Shown in pieces: positions 32,417 through 33,578 of a DNA stretch of 33,578 nucleotides; position 1 is the stretch's first letter; every line of letters begins with the position of its first letter. The notes under the pieces are model-generated. The model was given only the letters and a program-made list of their open reading frames with translations. It was not told the origin of the DNA and did no database searches. Source of the stretch: an uncultured Methanomassiliicoccales archaeon. Lineage in GTDB: Archaea; Thermoplasmatota; Thermoplasmata; RBG-16-68-12. Where the stretch lies: contig CAZJIP010000004.1 in NCBI GenBank assembly GCA_964546105.1, positions 3,633 through 37,210 on the forward strand. Reading direction: 5' to 3'. A program made the position numbers and the translations under genes.

Positions 32417-32492
32417 CACGTTCGATAGTGATATACTTCCCACTTCGTAGTGTTGAAGCCACTCCTGGACTTCGAAGTGAAAAGCATTTATA
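32417..32492. promoter_or_regulatory. Divergent yceI/hxlR promoters with three related palindromic boxes
   Basis: CACGTTCGATAGTG (32417), CACTTCGTAGTG (32441) and GACTTCGAAGTG (32468). Plus-strand BRE/TATA GAAAAGCATTTATA at 32479-32492. Confidence 0.6.
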
Positions 32493-32514
32493 CTATGGAT
32501 TCCGTAGCGATGCC

Positions 32515-32934
32515 GTGGCCAGCGAGCATGCGCACGGCGGAAGGCCCCGCAAGCCGCGGGACGTCTCGACAGGGGTCCGCGGCGGATGCCGGATCACGGA
32601 GCTCTTCCAAGTCCTTGGCAAGGCGCATATGCTCGACATCCTGCATATCTTCCAGTCGGAGCCCACGCCCCACCGGTTCGTGGACATCCAGGAGCGGCTC
32701 CATCTCTCGCCGAACACGCTGTCCGAGCGCCTGCGGGAGCTCGTCAAGGCGGGCCTCCTGACCCGGACCGCATACAACGAGATCCCACCGCGGGTCGACT
32801 ACATGGCCACGGAGAAAGCCCTCGCCTTGGCCCCCGTCTTCGAGAGCCTGACCACGTGGGCGACGGCGCACGACCTGCGGCCAATCCCTGCGCGTCCCTC
32901 GGCGGCGGTCCAGCCACGGGCCGCGCAACTATAA
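32515..32934 (+). CDS. HxlR family winged-HTH regulator
   Basis: Motifs GCRIT..FQVLGK, SPNTLSERLRELVKAGLL and EIPPRVDY. Start reassigned to the GTG at 32515, about 23 nt after the TATA box. Confidence 0.9.
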   Translation: MASEHAHGGRPRKPRDVSTGVRGGCRITELFQVLGKAHMLDILHIFQSEPTPHRFVDIQERLHLSPNTLSERLRELVKAGLLTRTAYNEIPPRVDYMATEKALALAPVFESLTTWATAHDLRPIPARPSAAVQPRAAQL

Positions 32935-32962
32935 GGCGGAAAGACGGCTTCTTGCGAGCCGC

Positions 32963-33578
32963 ATGCTTGTGGACGCCTTCGGGCGTGAGGTTACCGATAT
33001 CCGCATCAGCGTGACGAAGCGCTGCAACTTCGGATGCATCTACTGCCATGACGAAGGGCTGGGACCCATCCTCCGGCCGCGGATGCCGCACGACGACGAG
33101 GCGACTCCAGACGAGATCGAGCGGATCGTCCGCGTGGCGCGCGAGTTCGACATCCGGACGGTGAAGTTCACGGGCGGCGAGCCGCTCGTCCGCCGGGACA
33201 TGGAGGACATCGTGGACCGGACCGTGCGGCAGATCGATGACGTTTCCATGACCACGAACGGATCCATGCTCGCCAAGCGCGCGGAGGCGCTGCGGGACGC
33301 GGGCCTCAAGCGCGTGAATGTCTCCGTGGACTCTCTGGATTCCAAGGCGTTCGAGGACATCCGAAAGGGCGACCTCCGCCCCGTCTTGCTCGGTATCCAG
33401 GAGGCCCTGCGAGTCGGGCTGAAGCCCGTGAAACTCAACCTGGTGGTCTTCCGCCGGACGCTCCCCTTCATCCCCGCGATGATCGACTACATCGGCCACG
33501 GGGACGGCCTCAAGCTTCAGCTCATCCAGTTCATGCCCGAGCTCGTGGACCACAACGACTGGATGGTGGACATCGACG
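32963..33578 (+). CDS. moaA: GTP 3',8-cyclase (molybdenum cofactor biosynthesis radical SAM), partial
   Basis: Not in the ORF track because it runs off the edge. MLVDAFGREVTDIRISVTKRCNFGCIYCHDEG carries CxxxCxxC; also KFTGGEPL, SMTTNG, AGLKRVNVSVDSL and PVKLN. Confidence 0.93.
   Translation, partial: MLVDAFGREVTDIRISVTKRCNFGCIYCHDEGLGPILRPRMPHDDEATPDEIERIVRVAREFDIRTVKFTGGEPLVRRDMEDIVDRTVRQIDDVSMTTNGSMLAKRAEALRDAGLKRVNVSVDSLDSKAFEDIRKGDLRPVLLGIQEALRVGLKPVKLNLVVFRRTLPFIPAMIDYIGHGDGLKLQLIQFMPELVDHNDWMVDID

Noticed and set aside
32963-33578. moaA as part of the hcr cluster
   Set aside because: It is about 22 kb away with many unrelated genes between. It is consistent with molybdoenzyme use but is not evidence of linkage.
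1-33578. CRISPR arrays, tRNA/rRNA genes, IS elements
   Set aside because: By eye, I saw no regularly spaced repeats, cloverleaf or T-loop signatures in intergenic gaps, transposase ORFs or terminal inverted repeats.

Overview
GC-rich archaeal DNA. Evidence for an archaeal origin: BRE/TATA-type promoters, GGAGG/GGGGTGA ribosome-binding sites, an AbrB-PhoU regulator, a PriS-like protein and an archaeal-type MoaA. A high-GC Thermoplasmatota lineage is my inference only. (1) Positions 1-10324 hold an anaerobic aromatic-degradation cluster: 4-hydroxybenzoyl-CoA reductase hcrCAB, oah-had-dch, a Thauera-type benzoyl-CoA reductase bcrB and two ATP-dependent activator subunits, with an embedded PhoU-like regulator. 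(2) Positions 10.7-19.3 kb are mixed: a homocitrate-synthase-like enzyme, a Fic protein with repeated operator-like boxes, a pseudogene remnant, an aldehyde dehydrogenase, pirin, VOC, ArsR, three small ORFs (two too short for the ORF track, including a 31-aa Lys-rich peptide), an orphan PriS-like primase and a tandem RanBP2 zinc-finger protein. (3) Positions 19.2-25.4 kb are the best candidate for an undescribed system. This 8-gene locus has a divergent CstA transporter, two paralogous small 'cory-CC-star'-like proteins, two Get3/ArsA ATPases (one with degenerate switch motifs), a hypothetical soluble protein, a membrane-anchored protein resembling eukaryotic CCDC47/DUF1682 and a CxxxC thioredoxin-like protein. 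(4) Positions 25.5-33.6 kb carry an atypical cupredoxin, amidinotransferase, cyclophilin, CDF transporter, beta-propeller protein, HtrA, a YceI/HxlR pair and a partial moaA. I saw no rRNA, tRNA, CRISPR array or transposase. All family calls come from motif recognition by eye; no database searches were run.
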